Part shown: positions 35,941 to 45,195 of the stretch, one piece after another
Numbering within the stretch: the first letter of the stretch is position 1
Layout of the letters: the number at the start of each line of letters is the position of its first letter
Assembly: GCA_965219455.1 (NCBI GenBank)
Contig: OZ244744.1
Coordinates: 4,256,001-4,320,000 of the forward strand
Origin: Candidatus Latescibacterota bacterium
Lineage (GTDB): Bacteria > Latescibacterota > UBA2968 > GCA-2709665
Direction of reading: 5' to 3'
Length of the DNA stretch: 64,000 nucleotides
Translations under genes and position numbers: made by a program
Notes under the pieces: generated by a model
The model's input: the letters and a program-made list of their open reading frames with translations, nothing else
What the model was told of the DNA's origin: nothing
Database searches by the model: none

Positions 35941-36921
35941 ATGTACATAGGAACCCAGGTCGGATGTCGCGATGAAACCGATATAAAGGTCCTTTCGCAG
36001 CTGGGCGTGTACAACGTGGACCAGATGCCAACGGCGCAATGGACCGAATGGACGGCGGAAATGCTGATCCGAATGCGCGAACGATTCGACCGGTACGGCA
36101 TCAATCTCGAGATGATTCACATTCCACTCGGGTCAGGCTCTGCCTTCAGGAACCCGGCGGGTGCCGTGTTTCTGGGGCCGAGCGATGAACGGGATCGGCA
36201 GATCGACCGGCTGTGCGATATCGTCCGGATGGCGTCCAGGGCGGGGCTTCGCGGTCTCAATTACAATATTACCATTCTGGGCCACCTCCGGACCGAATCC
36301 CGATACGGTCGCGGCGGGGCGCGGTTGTCCTCTTTTGAATACAGGAAACTGGACCCGTCGCTTGGAGAATTCAAAGGCGGGGCGGCCGATGCCGATACCA
36401 TGTGGGGACGCATCGACTACTGGCTCGGACGCGTTATGCCGGTGGCCGAAGAGTACCGTATTCAGATGGCCTGCCATCCGTCTGACCCGGGTATAGGGGA
36501 TCCCACGTACCGGGGCGTAGCCCGTGTGATGGGCATGGTGGATGGGCTCAAGAAGTTCGTTGAATTATACGACAGCCCCTACAACGGGCTTAATTTCTGT
36601 CTTGGCACGATATCCGAAAGCCTCGAAAATCCGGGTGAAGACATCTACGAAATTATCCGCTGGTTCGGCCGGCGCAAAAAGATCTTCAACCTGCATTTTC
36701 GAAATATAAGGGGTGGATTCAGGGACTTCGTGGAGGTATTTCCCGACGAAGGGGACGTGGACATGCTCAGAGCGTTGCGGACGTTCAAAGAGGTCGGTTA
36801 CGAGTATATGATCATGCCGGATCACGTCCCCGGTATTTCGGGGGAGGAACCTGCTCAGGTCGCTTTCGCCTATACGTACGGGTACATCCACGCGTTGTTG
36901 CAGGCGGTCAACGAACCCTGA
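35941..36921 (+). CDS. Mannonate dehydratase (UxuA) family protein
   Basis: PVAEEY...ACHPSDP, SPYNGLNFCLG, HFRN, EVFPDEGDVDM, MPDHVP. Confidence 0.88.
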   Translation: MYIGTQVGCRDETDIKVLSQLGVYNVDQMPTAQWTEWTAEMLIRMRERFDRYGINLEMIHIPLGSGSAFRNPAGAVFLGPSDERDRQIDRLCDIVRMASRAGLRGLNYNITILGHLRTESRYGRGGARLSSFEYRKLDPSLGEFKGGAADADTMWGRIDYWLGRVMPVAEEYRIQMACHPSDPGIGDPTYRGVARVMGMVDGLKKFVELYDSPYNGLNFCLGTISESLENPGEDIYEIIRWFGRRKKIFNLHFRNIRGGFRDFVEVFPDEGDVDMLRALRTFKEVGYEYMIMPDHVPGISGEEPAQVAFAYTYGYIHALLQAVNEP

Positions 36922-36930
36922 GAAAACAGT

Positions 36931-39291
36931 TCACGCATTGCGGATCCGGATGAGTCTCCACTCGAGGCTTGAAAGAGGAAATTCCAAAACGCCGTCCCTG
37001 ATAGGGACGGTTTTGTTTTTTAGGGTATCCTTCGCATTCGCGGAAGCCCGGAGGCCTAACTCCTTCATGTTCAGCCTGACCGTGACGGTCTTGCGTTTGT
37101 TGTCCATGTTGGAAATAGCCGCAAGTACGCCGTTTTCGGGGTGGCGATAGATGCTGGCGTGGGCGTTTTTAGGAGAAACGCGTATGTAGTCGTGGTTCCG
37201 CCAATATGGAATCCATTCCGCGTTTTGGCGGCCGAATGCGTCCATTGCCCGCCAGATTTCGGCAGCGAGGTCCAGGTCTTCGTCCGCATTGTGCGGTCGG
37301 ACGGGCACGTCGTGCAACAGCGTGAATGCCCAGGCCTGTTCATACGTGTACGCGGCGCCTGCGTGGAGGAATTCGGCGGGTACGCCCCACTGGCGGCCCA
37401 TGAATTCAGCGCGAAAGGCGTCCAGGGGTAACAGTCGGGCAACGTCCACCCCGCTGCCGACGCCCTGAAATTGCTCGCCGTCCCAGTAGCCTGTCGCCCA
37501 GCCGAGGGAGGGCATGGTCATGCACGTGGAGTTGTGAACGTTAACATGCCCGTCTTTCTTGTGGGATTTTACGATTTCGTAGATGCGCCGCATCGCGGAG
37601 CGCGCGCTGAAGATTGGATAGGTCTGGGCGATACTGCCGTCAGCTCTGACATGCCCGCAGCCGTGTTCGGTGTTGCAGCAGCCGAACGGATATTCGGTCC
37701 CGTCCAGGTAGACGCCGTCGATGTCGAATTCATCCATCACGCTTGCGATGCCGTCGGTGAGCAGGTCCTGCCATGGGCTGTTGAGGCAGACTCGCCAGGC
37801 GGCCTGTTCGGGCTGCGGCTGGTAGTGGAAGACGGGATACCCGCCCTTGGGCAGGATGAGCGCGTCTTTGCCCAGGGCCTGCCATTCGTCGATGATGTCC
37901 GAAATGAGGAAGCCGAAATAGAGCAGGATCTGGAGGCCGCGACTCTTGCAGGCCTCGACGATTTTTCGGACTTCGGCGGCATGGGGCGTCCGGGTATAGG
38001 CTTCGGCATCCGTCCAGTGTTCAAAAAGTACGACGGCGCGGACGCCCGATTCTACACATCTGTCCAATAGAGCGTCCGAGACGTTGAGGCGCGGGCTGAA
38101 GCCGGTTGTGGTTTGGCCGATACAGAAAACACGCTGATCCCAGGCGTCGTTCACGATGGGCTTGACGGGGGTGGCCTGCAGCCCGAAGGTATATCGGAGT
38201 CTATCTGTAACGACGCCGCCGGGCGTGAGCGGCTTGACGTCTTCGGTTCCGAAGCCCGTGAATTGCCCGCCCTCGCTGCTGCCTGGAACGAGTTTGATTG
38301 GGGTCGAGACACAGTGGATGCGAAGCCGCACACGATTCTTCCGCCGGTCGATTTCGGTGACTTTCCGTGGATTGCGGATGTGAAAGCCGGCGTCCGATTC
38401 CGTAAACAACGAAATGCCGCGATCCTCGTCGCCAAGCCATATGTACGGGCGAAACCCAAGCTTGAGATGGCTTTCCGACAGCGCCCCGACGTTTCTGACC
38501 TCGCCCCAGCTTCCCGGAAAGTGGTACAGGTACTTGGCGTGGTTCTTGAGAACGGGCATTTCAACCGAAAGCGCGTCGAGGCGCAGGATGGTGCTGGCCG
38601 TGACGGACCAGTCTATTCGCGCCATTCCGTCGAAGTCGATCTCGGTTCTGGCAGTCACGGCGAGACCAGCAGGGGATTCAAAACGGACATTGAAGACCAC
38701 CTGGTCTCTCTCTGCCGAGATCAGTTCGAGATGGCCGCTGGTCCAGCGGGTTTTTTCGCCGTTTACTCGGGCGACCGGCCTTAAGGGGCCGGCGAGTAGC
38801 TGGCTGCCGGCGGAACTCACCCCCGAGGCGAAAGCGGTCGTTGAAAAAACATATGTTCTGCCCCAACAGCTGATTTCCAGGCCGTCCCCGGATTCCGACG
38901 TGGCCAGTGGCGTCCATGGTTTGGTCACCTGGCGGGAGATTCCGGCACGGGACCCCAGCCATGGGAGGTCGCCCGGCCATTTGTCCTGAAGCGTCCGGGT
39001 GGCGAACCGGGTTCCGAACCGGTCGACAAACGTGGCTTTGAAGTCGCAGCATCCCGACGGGATATTTCGGGTGTCGAAGGCGACTTCGTCATGCCCTATG
39101 TTTCTGATGACTCTGCGTTCTCGTGTTTCCCCTGAGCGCGTACTGTACAGGACCAGTTCAACTCGGCCGCCACGTGCGAGATGGGCTTCGCCGAGCAGGT
39201 GGACCCTGGCGTACACCTTGCGATATTCATAACGGGTGTAAATCATCACGGTGACCGCACGGGCGGACGATTGGGTTGCGGACGAGGGCAT
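36931..39291 (-). CDS. Putative glycoside hydrolase (DUF6067-like TIM barrel)
   Basis: PWTPL, EIDFDG, WLGDEDRG, GLQATPVKP, DGVYLDG, GEQ, LLHDV, FG...WIPYW. Confidence 0.6.
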   Translation of the reverse strand: MPSSATQSSARAVTVMIYTRYEYRKVYARVHLLGEAHLARGGRVELVLYSTRSGETRERRVIRNIGHDEVAFDTRNIPSGCCDFKATFVDRFGTRFATRTLQDKWPGDLPWLGSRAGISRQVTKPWTPLATSESGDGLEISCWGRTYVFSTTAFASGVSSAGSQLLAGPLRPVARVNGEKTRWTSGHLELISAERDQVVFNVRFESPAGLAVTARTEIDFDGMARIDWSVTASTILRLDALSVEMPVLKNHAKYLYHFPGSWGEVRNVGALSESHLKLGFRPYIWLGDEDRGISLFTESDAGFHIRNPRKVTEIDRRKNRVRLRIHCVSTPIKLVPGSSEGGQFTGFGTEDVKPLTPGGVVTDRLRYTFGLQATPVKPIVNDAWDQRVFCIGQTTTGFSPRLNVSDALLDRCVESGVRAVVLFEHWTDAEAYTRTPHAAEVRKIVEACKSRGLQILLYFGFLISDIIDEWQALGKDALILPKGGYPVFHYQPQPEQAAWRVCLNSPWQDLLTDGIASVMDEFDIDGVYLDGTEYPFGCCNTEHGCGHVRADGSIAQTYPIFSARSAMRRIYEIVKSHKKDGHVNVHNSTCMTMPSLGWATGYWDGEQFQGVGSGVDVARLLPLDAFRAEFMGRQWGVPAEFLHAGAAYTYEQAWAFTLLHDVPVRPHNADEDLDLAAEIWRAMDAFGRQNAEWIPYWRNHDYIRVSPKNAHASIYRHPENGVLAAISNMDNKRKTVTVRLNMKELGLRASANAKDTLKNKTVPIRDGVLEFPLSSLEWRLIRIRNA

Positions 39292-39345
39292 GCATGGCTC
39301 CTTCCGGTGACTGACCGTGAGGGGTGCGTCTTCCGGCGACGCCGG

Positions 39346-40824
39346 TTACATAAACCGAAGGCCGCGCTGGCCGCGCATCGCGCGCGAGGGAGCGGGTACG
39401 TATTGCCTGGCGGGCAGGCCGACGAGTTCGCCGTTTTTCAGCCAGTTGAGATCTTCGCCGTAGAGGTTTTTTACGAGGCGTTCTTTGAGTCTGTTCAGGG
39501 TGTCTGCGTGGCCGGTGTCGCCTGCGAGGTCTCGCGTTTCCCGCGGATCGTTGGCGATGTCGAAAAGTTGGGCCTGGTTGCCCACGGGATAATAGATGAG
39601 TTTGAATCGCCCGTCGTGTACCATTCGCATCGCCGCGGATCCTACGCCGTGTTCGCCGTAGAGTTCGTTGCGGCGCCGGTCGCCGGCGAGGCTCTGCCGG
39701 TCGACGTGATCCGGTATGGGGATGCCCGCCAGGTCCAGCAAGGTGGGCATGATGTCCCCAAACTCGGCCAGACGGTCGTCCCGCGTTCCGCCGGGAAGAC
39801 GAGAGTCGTCCTTCACAGGCATAATGACCAGCGGAATCTTGGCCGACATTTCGTAGAACGGCGTCATACACCACAGGCCGTGTTCGCCGACCATGTGACC
39901 GTGGTCGCTCGTGAAGACGACGATGGTGTCGTCCAGTAACCCGGATTCCCGCAGGTATCCGACTACGATCCGGATCTGGTGGTCGATATGGGTGAGCGTA
40001 GCGTAGTAGGCGCGCCGGGAAAATTCCCATTCGTGTTGTTTGGCGCGTGCCATCGCGAGGTTGTCAGGGTTGGTGAGTGTTTTGATATGGTAAGGCAGGT
40101 CATCGAAGTGTTCCGACCAGTTACCCGTGGCCGGCTCGTCGAGGGGCGCATCCCGGTAGATTTCCATGTAGGCCTGCAGCGGCGTCGTGGGCGGATGCGG
40201 CGCGGAAAAGGAGAGGTACCAGAAGCCGGGTTTTCGCGGATCCCTCCGGCGAATGTATTTGCACATCTCTCTTGCCGCCCAATTGATCGGGTGGCAGTAC
40301 TCGGGCAGGTGCCAGGCACGTGCGATGTAATCGTTCTGGGTCATGCCGCCCGCGTATTCCTGCCCTCCGTAACCCTGTTCTGCCAGGAAGAGTTCGTAAT
40401 CATCGGCAATCCCGTCCGGAATATCATGATGAATGTGGCGGCCTTGCTCCTCCAAAAGGACGTCATCGAAGCCGACCCGGCGGCGTTGTGGGTACACGTG
40501 CAGTTTCCCCACGGCGTACGCCTGATAACCTGCATCGCGAAAGCATTGTGCGAGGGTGGGTGCGTCGGGAAAGTCCACGCCTTCGGCATAGGTGCGCATT
40601 CCGTTCGCCCTCGGGCTCATGCCGGTCATCAGCGAGCGCCGGGCGGGTATGCAGGAGGGGCACGCGGAATAGGCATGGGTGTAGGTGACGCCACACCGGG
40701 CGAGGTGATCGATCGTCGGCGTCGTGACAACGGGGTGCCCCGCCTCGCCGGTCAGCATTCCGCTCCAGTGGTCCGTGCAGATCAGCAGCACATTGGGCTT
40801 GTCGGAACGAATGAATTCGGGCAT
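39346..40824 (-). CDS. Sulfatase (Cys-type, formylglycine-dependent)
   Basis: KPNVLLICTDH, CIPARRSLMTG, VGKLH, APHPP, TSDHG; ATG at 40824. Confidence 0.93.
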   Translation of the reverse strand: MPEFIRSDKPNVLLICTDHWSGMLTGEAGHPVVTTPTIDHLARCGVTYTHAYSACPSCIPARRSLMTGMSPRANGMRTYAEGVDFPDAPTLAQCFRDAGYQAYAVGKLHVYPQRRRVGFDDVLLEEQGRHIHHDIPDGIADDYELFLAEQGYGGQEYAGGMTQNDYIARAWHLPEYCHPINWAAREMCKYIRRRDPRKPGFWYLSFSAPHPPTTPLQAYMEIYRDAPLDEPATGNWSEHFDDLPYHIKTLTNPDNLAMARAKQHEWEFSRRAYYATLTHIDHQIRIVVGYLRESGLLDDTIVVFTSDHGHMVGEHGLWCMTPFYEMSAKIPLVIMPVKDDSRLPGGTRDDRLAEFGDIMPTLLDLAGIPIPDHVDRQSLAGDRRRNELYGEHGVGSAAMRMVHDGRFKLIYYPVGNQAQLFDIANDPRETRDLAGDTGHADTLNRLKERLVKNLYGEDLNWLKNGELVGLPARQYVPAPSRAMRGQRGLRFM

Positions 40825-41043
40825 ACGCGACCTTTCATTTGATGATGGGTTCGGATGAGCGTTTCGGCCGTTGCGTTGGGATCGTTCGCGGTCGGGTTTG
40901 CCCGGGAAACGTCGGCGTCGACGTACGTCCAATCAGATTACACGGGAGTAACTTCGTTCCCGATCATCCAGGTACAATGGAACGCGCCGGAAGTCAGGGC
41001 GGCTCGCATCCGTGTACTCTGAACCGTTGTCCGTGTCGGCTGC

Positions 41044-42312
41044 TTAATTATTTTCGAATCTGTCCACGCGCAGGGGGCCAAGGTCAATCGCGGGAGTTTG
41101 GCCGGTGACCACTTGCGAGACCAGTTTGCCCGTGATGGGTCCCAGCGAGACCCCGATCATCGCATGTCCGGCGGCAACGGTAAGGTTCTTGTAGGTTCGG
41201 CTGCGGCCCAGAAACGGCAGACCATCCGGGGTACAGGGCCGGAGGCCGCGCCAGGTTTCGATATGTTTCAGGTTGTTCGGGTTCAGGTCGGGCAGGTAAC
41301 GAGGAACGGCATTGAGAATGGCTGCCACGCGCCGTTTATTGATGGAAAGGTCCATCCCGGCCAGTTCCAGAGTGCCGCCGAAGCGAAGCATGTCGCCCAT
41401 GGGTGTAACGGCCACTTTGGATTCTGCGAGCGAGGCGGGAACCTCAGGGCACCGGTCCGGTCGTTCGAAGGTGACGCTGTAGCCCTTGGCCGGCTGGATG
41501 GGCAGTTTCAGGCCGAGTTCCGAGGCAATGGCGGGCGACCAGGCGCCGCCGGCGAGTACGACTTCATTCGCACTGAATTCGCCCCGCGTGGTGACGACCG
41601 ATTGGATCCGGCGGTTCCTGCCCTGGAAGCCGATGACTTCGGTGGATGGGTGAATCTTGAAACTTGCACGGTTTTCGTTGATGTGACGCGCGAGTTCCCT
41701 TACGAATCTTGCGGGAACCAGGTGGGCGTCCTGTGGATAGTACACGGCGCCCGCGGCGTGGTAGTTGGCCATCGGATCCAGTCTTCCCAGGCCGTCCTGG
41801 TCGAGTATTTCCGTCCGGATTCCCTTTGCGGACAGAATGCCGGCTTCTTTGATGCCTCCGTCCAGCCCCTGTTCGGTCTTATAGACCATCAGGCTGCCTT
41901 TTTTCTCGAAACCGAAATCCAGGCCTTCGATGGCGGCGATTTCCGTGAAAAGCTGCACGCTCGCCAGGTTGAGGTCCCTCAGGACCGCCAGGGATGGTTG
42001 CATGCGCGCCGGGGTACAGGCCGCTTGAAATTCCCACAGCCATTTGGCGAGTTCCAGGTCCAGACGGGGCTTGATGTAGAATGGGCTTTCAGGATCGAAC
42101 ATCCACTTGAGCGCTTTGCCGATAACGCCCGGAGCGGCGAGGGGAATGCTGTGGCTGGGGACAATCAGGCCCGCGTTGCCGTAGGAACTGCCCGCGCAGA
42201 TATCGGTTTTGTCGACGAGGACAACGTCCTTTCCCGCTTCTGAGAGATAGTGCGCTGAGCATACGCCGATTGAGCCGCCGCCGATGATGAGGATGTCGGT
42301 CTTGGTTTCCAT
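41044..42312 (-). CDS. D-amino acid dehydrogenase-like FAD oxidoreductase
   Basis: IIGGGSIG, SSYGNAG, PAKGYS, GLRPCTPDGLP, GHAMIG. Confidence 0.9.
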   Translation of the reverse strand: METKTDILIIGGGSIGVCSAHYLSEAGKDVVLVDKTDICAGSSYGNAGLIVPSHSIPLAAPGVIGKALKWMFDPESPFYIKPRLDLELAKWLWEFQAACTPARMQPSLAVLRDLNLASVQLFTEIAAIEGLDFGFEKKGSLMVYKTEQGLDGGIKEAGILSAKGIRTEILDQDGLGRLDPMANYHAAGAVYYPQDAHLVPARFVRELARHINENRASFKIHPSTEVIGFQGRNRRIQSVVTTRGEFSANEVVLAGGAWSPAIASELGLKLPIQPAKGYSVTFERPDRCPEVPASLAESKVAVTPMGDMLRFGGTLELAGMDLSINKRRVAAILNAVPRYLPDLNPNNLKHIETWRGLRPCTPDGLPFLGRSRTYKNLTVAAGHAMIGVSLGPITGKLVSQVVTGQTPAIDLGPLRVDRFENN

Positions 42313-42442
42313 TGAGTGGACCTTACCGCGGGATCGGTCAATAGTCGACGGCGTGCCTGCGGGACGTCTGCGGCTGCCACATGTGCCGACCGCGAAGGCA
42401 TCGTCGGGCCGTGGTTATTCGATGGTTATGACCCAAAGCGGA

Positions 42443-43360
42443 TCAGTTCCGGGGATCCTTTCGGACTTCAACGCCCAGAGCCTCTTCCCAGACGTGGATC
42501 ATTCCGCCTTTGTTCAGGTTTCCCAGACCCCTTTCCAGTGCTGCGCGAAAGGTATGGGCGGCGGCGGAGACCACAGGCAGTCTCACGCCCTCTCTTTCGA
42601 GTATCTCGACGATGGCGTCGATATCTTTGCGGGCGTTTGCCATCGGATAACCGGGTTCGAAATCCCGTTCGAGGATCAGTGGCGCGAAGGTGTCGAAACC
42701 GTAACTCTGGCCGCTGCCGGTGTTCACAACGTCGCATATCTTATCCGCGCTCAGGCCGAGTTTGACCGCTAGTGGAAGCATCTCGGCCAGCGCGGCGCAG
42801 GAGATGTTGAAGAGGGTGTTGTTAACGATCTTGGCAATCTGGCCGTTACCGGATGCGCCCATGTAGAAAACGTACGAACCCATGGCATTCAGGAGCGGTT
42901 GGACGGCGCAAAAGGCATCACTGTCGCCGCCCACCATCAGCGTAAGGGTTCCTTCGGCCGCGCGGCTACTCATCCCGGAACAGGGCGCATCCAGAAAATG
43001 AACGCCGAGATCACCCAGAATTCGTGAAGCCTCGCGCGTGAAATCGGGGTGCGTCGTGCCACAATCGACGACGATGTGCCCGGCCTTCAGCAGACGTCGA
43101 AGGCCTTTTTCTCCGAAGAGCACGGTTTCCACGGCCCCGGTATCGGGAAGCATCAGGATTATCCGTTCACATATACCGGCCATCCGGGGTATGTCCGCCG
43201 CGGGCTGTGCGCCTGACCGGGCGACCCGATCCAATGCTTCCTTTTTCGTGTCGTAGACGAGGAGTGGAAACTCCGCGTTCAACACATTACGGGCCATACC
43301 GCTTCCCATTTCGCCCAGGCCGATGAAGCCCACTGGCGATGGCGCGAGAGGTCGACTCAT
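42443..43360 (-). CDS. Beta-hydroxyacid dehydrogenase (3-hydroxyisobutyrate/tartronate semialdehyde reductase family)
   Basis: GFIGLGEMG, DAPCSG, GTLTLMVGG, GQIAKIVNN, KD; ATG at 43360. Confidence 0.9.
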   Translation of the reverse strand: MSRPLAPSPVGFIGLGEMGSGMARNVLNAEFPLLVYDTKKEALDRVARSGAQPAADIPRMAGICERIILMLPDTGAVETVLFGEKGLRRLLKAGHIVVDCGTTHPDFTREASRILGDLGVHFLDAPCSGMSSRAAEGTLTLMVGGDSDAFCAVQPLLNAMGSYVFYMGASGNGQIAKIVNNTLFNISCAALAEMLPLAVKLGLSADKICDVVNTGSGQSYGFDTFAPLILERDFEPGYPMANARKDIDAIVEILEREGVRLPVVSAAAHTFRAALERGLGNLNKGGMIHVWEEALGVEVRKDPRN

Positions 43361-43545
43361 GTCGGGTTCCTGTTGGAGGACTCCAGGGTTCCTGGCGGCG
43401 GCTGTCGTCTGCGAAAGCCGGCGAGTCTGAGCGCGTCCGGCGTCACCGGTCGGCGATTGAGCTGTTGGTGCGCGTATCCTTCTTCGACGCTTGTCGACCC
43501 CGTGTGGAACGCCAATGAAATCATCCGTACTGGAAAAGGAAATAT

Positions 43546-44949
43546 TCAAGTGGCGGTATGATTGACTTCGAGGTCGTCGAACCAACTTGTGCCACTGCCA
43601 TCCTGCCGCAGGATGAGGTAGACGGCCCCGCTGTCCGGCGGCGACGGACCGTGGATCTCTACGCTGACCTGCGTCCAGTCATTGGTGCCGGTGAGTTTTC
43701 GCGAGCATATGTAGGGATATTTCTCAGGTTCGTTGAACACGCCGCGGCGCACGGCCAGAAACGCGCCGTGCCCCTGGACGTTTTCGGTCTTGATGTGCAC
43801 AGTAACGCGAAAGCCGGTTGAAAGGGTCCAGCGTTCGGTCCAGGCGCCATCGCTTTCGCGATCCATTACCCACTCAGTGGGCCCGTCCGTGGGTTTGCTG
43901 ATTTTGAGTGAAAATTGGTCGGAGCGTCCGTGATCCTTACACCATGCCGCGCCCTCTCCCTCGGGCAGCCAGGGCCAGGGATCGGTACTGCACGAAGTGG
44001 GTTTGTTGAGCTGTAAACCATTGGAGAAACTGGTTTTGCGTTCGTACAGAGGGAGTTCCTCAAAGTCGTTGTACGAGACTTTGGGAATGGGCTCCGCGCG
44101 AGCCATCATCTGCGCCACCTTCTGGTCCGGACAAAGTCGAATGCGAAAGTGTGGACACAACGGCGCGTAGAGTTCGTCACGCGTGTAGTGACCCGCGAAA
44201 TGGACGTCGTATCCCCAGTTACACACACCCACCGAGGTACGTTCGGCGGTGTCGCCCATAAATTCGAAGGCGGGGTTGTTCCCGGGATCATAGGCCAGGA
44301 CCAGGGCCCCGTCGCGTTTGAGCGGTCCTGGGCCGGGAATGCCGGTCGCCATGTGGTTGAGTGGCATCTGCCAGATGGCGCCGTCTCCCGTCTCGGCCAG
44401 GAGATGCGAGTATCGTTTTTTCCACATCCCGGGGAATTCGACGGTGGGCCCGGGGATGTCGTTGTACCAGGGGTCGCAATATTCGAAGCGGACGGTCTCT
44501 TCCCGGTCCAGTGCTTCCGGACTGTGGATGTCCAGGTGGGCTTTAAAGTCGTAGATATACGATGCCAACTCGGCGTCGTAGGTTAGCGTGAGCACACGGT
44601 GCGAGGTGGCCACGCCGCCTGGGTCCGCGGTGATCACCGTGAGAACGAGGCGGTCGGTTTCCTGGCCCTTCGCCTGGATATCGATGAGATTCGTGGTGGC
44701 CAGGACACGGTGCTGGAACACCCAGTACATTTGCACGCCGCAAACGAGCGGGCGTCCCCCGGGGGCCAGTTTCAGGTCTCGCAGGTTGACCGGTTTGGTG
44801 TTGCCGTTGAAATAACGCAGGTTCTGTTCAGGCTGTTCGATCACTTTGTCTTCGAGACGCGCGATGGGCTCTTCGTGATCATAAATCCATGTCTCGCCGG
44901 CGCAGACACCCCCATGGGTTCGGAACGTGAAGATGCTGTTGTGGGCCAT
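43546..44949 (-). CDS. Hypothetical protein with C-terminal CBM4/9-like beta-sandwich
   Basis: 467-aa ORF with SD GAGGA; C-terminal IKTENV...GTNDW...LRQDGSGTSWFDDL. Confidence 0.6.
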   Translation of the reverse strand: MAHNSIFTFRTHGGVCAGETWIYDHEEPIARLEDKVIEQPEQNLRYFNGNTKPVNLRDLKLAPGGRPLVCGVQMYWVFQHRVLATTNLIDIQAKGQETDRLVLTVITADPGGVATSHRVLTLTYDAELASYIYDFKAHLDIHSPEALDREETVRFEYCDPWYNDIPGPTVEFPGMWKKRYSHLLAETGDGAIWQMPLNHMATGIPGPGPLKRDGALVLAYDPGNNPAFEFMGDTAERTSVGVCNWGYDVHFAGHYTRDELYAPLCPHFRIRLCPDQKVAQMMARAEPIPKVSYNDFEELPLYERKTSFSNGLQLNKPTSCSTDPWPWLPEGEGAAWCKDHGRSDQFSLKISKPTDGPTEWVMDRESDGAWTERWTLSTGFRVTVHIKTENVQGHGAFLAVRRGVFNEPEKYPYICSRKLTGTNDWTQVSVEIHGPSPPDSGAVYLILRQDGSGTSWFDDLEVNHTAT

Positions 44950-44987
44950 GGGATATTCCTCGGTGGCGTGGGCGGATGACGGGCGAT

Positions 44988-45016
44988 ATGATAGTTGGGT
45001 CGGAACGCCAAGTCAA
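44988..45016 (-). promoter_or_regulatory. sigma70 promoter
   Basis: Minus strand TTGACT-17 nt-TATCAT. Confidence 0.6.
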
Positions 45017-45039
45017 CCCCTATCGGCAGGGCCGCAGGC

Positions 45040-45097
45040 TGACAGTCCGTTGATAGAGCCGGCCGCCGCCCGGATGGGCTTTTTCAACGGGCTGTCA
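45040..45097. repeat. 58-bp inverted-repeat element (possible IS-end-derived mini element)
   Basis: TGACAGTCCGTTGA ... TCAACGGGCTGTCA (13/14 match); 13 bp of the arm recur exactly at 6727-6739. Confidence 0.5.
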
Positions 45098-45195
45098 AGA
45101 TGCGTCCGGTAACAAAACCGTTGATCATCGGGCGGGACGCGCGTATCTTGTCGCATTCTCCTGTGTATGGATCCGACCCGAAAAAGGAGGTTTGC

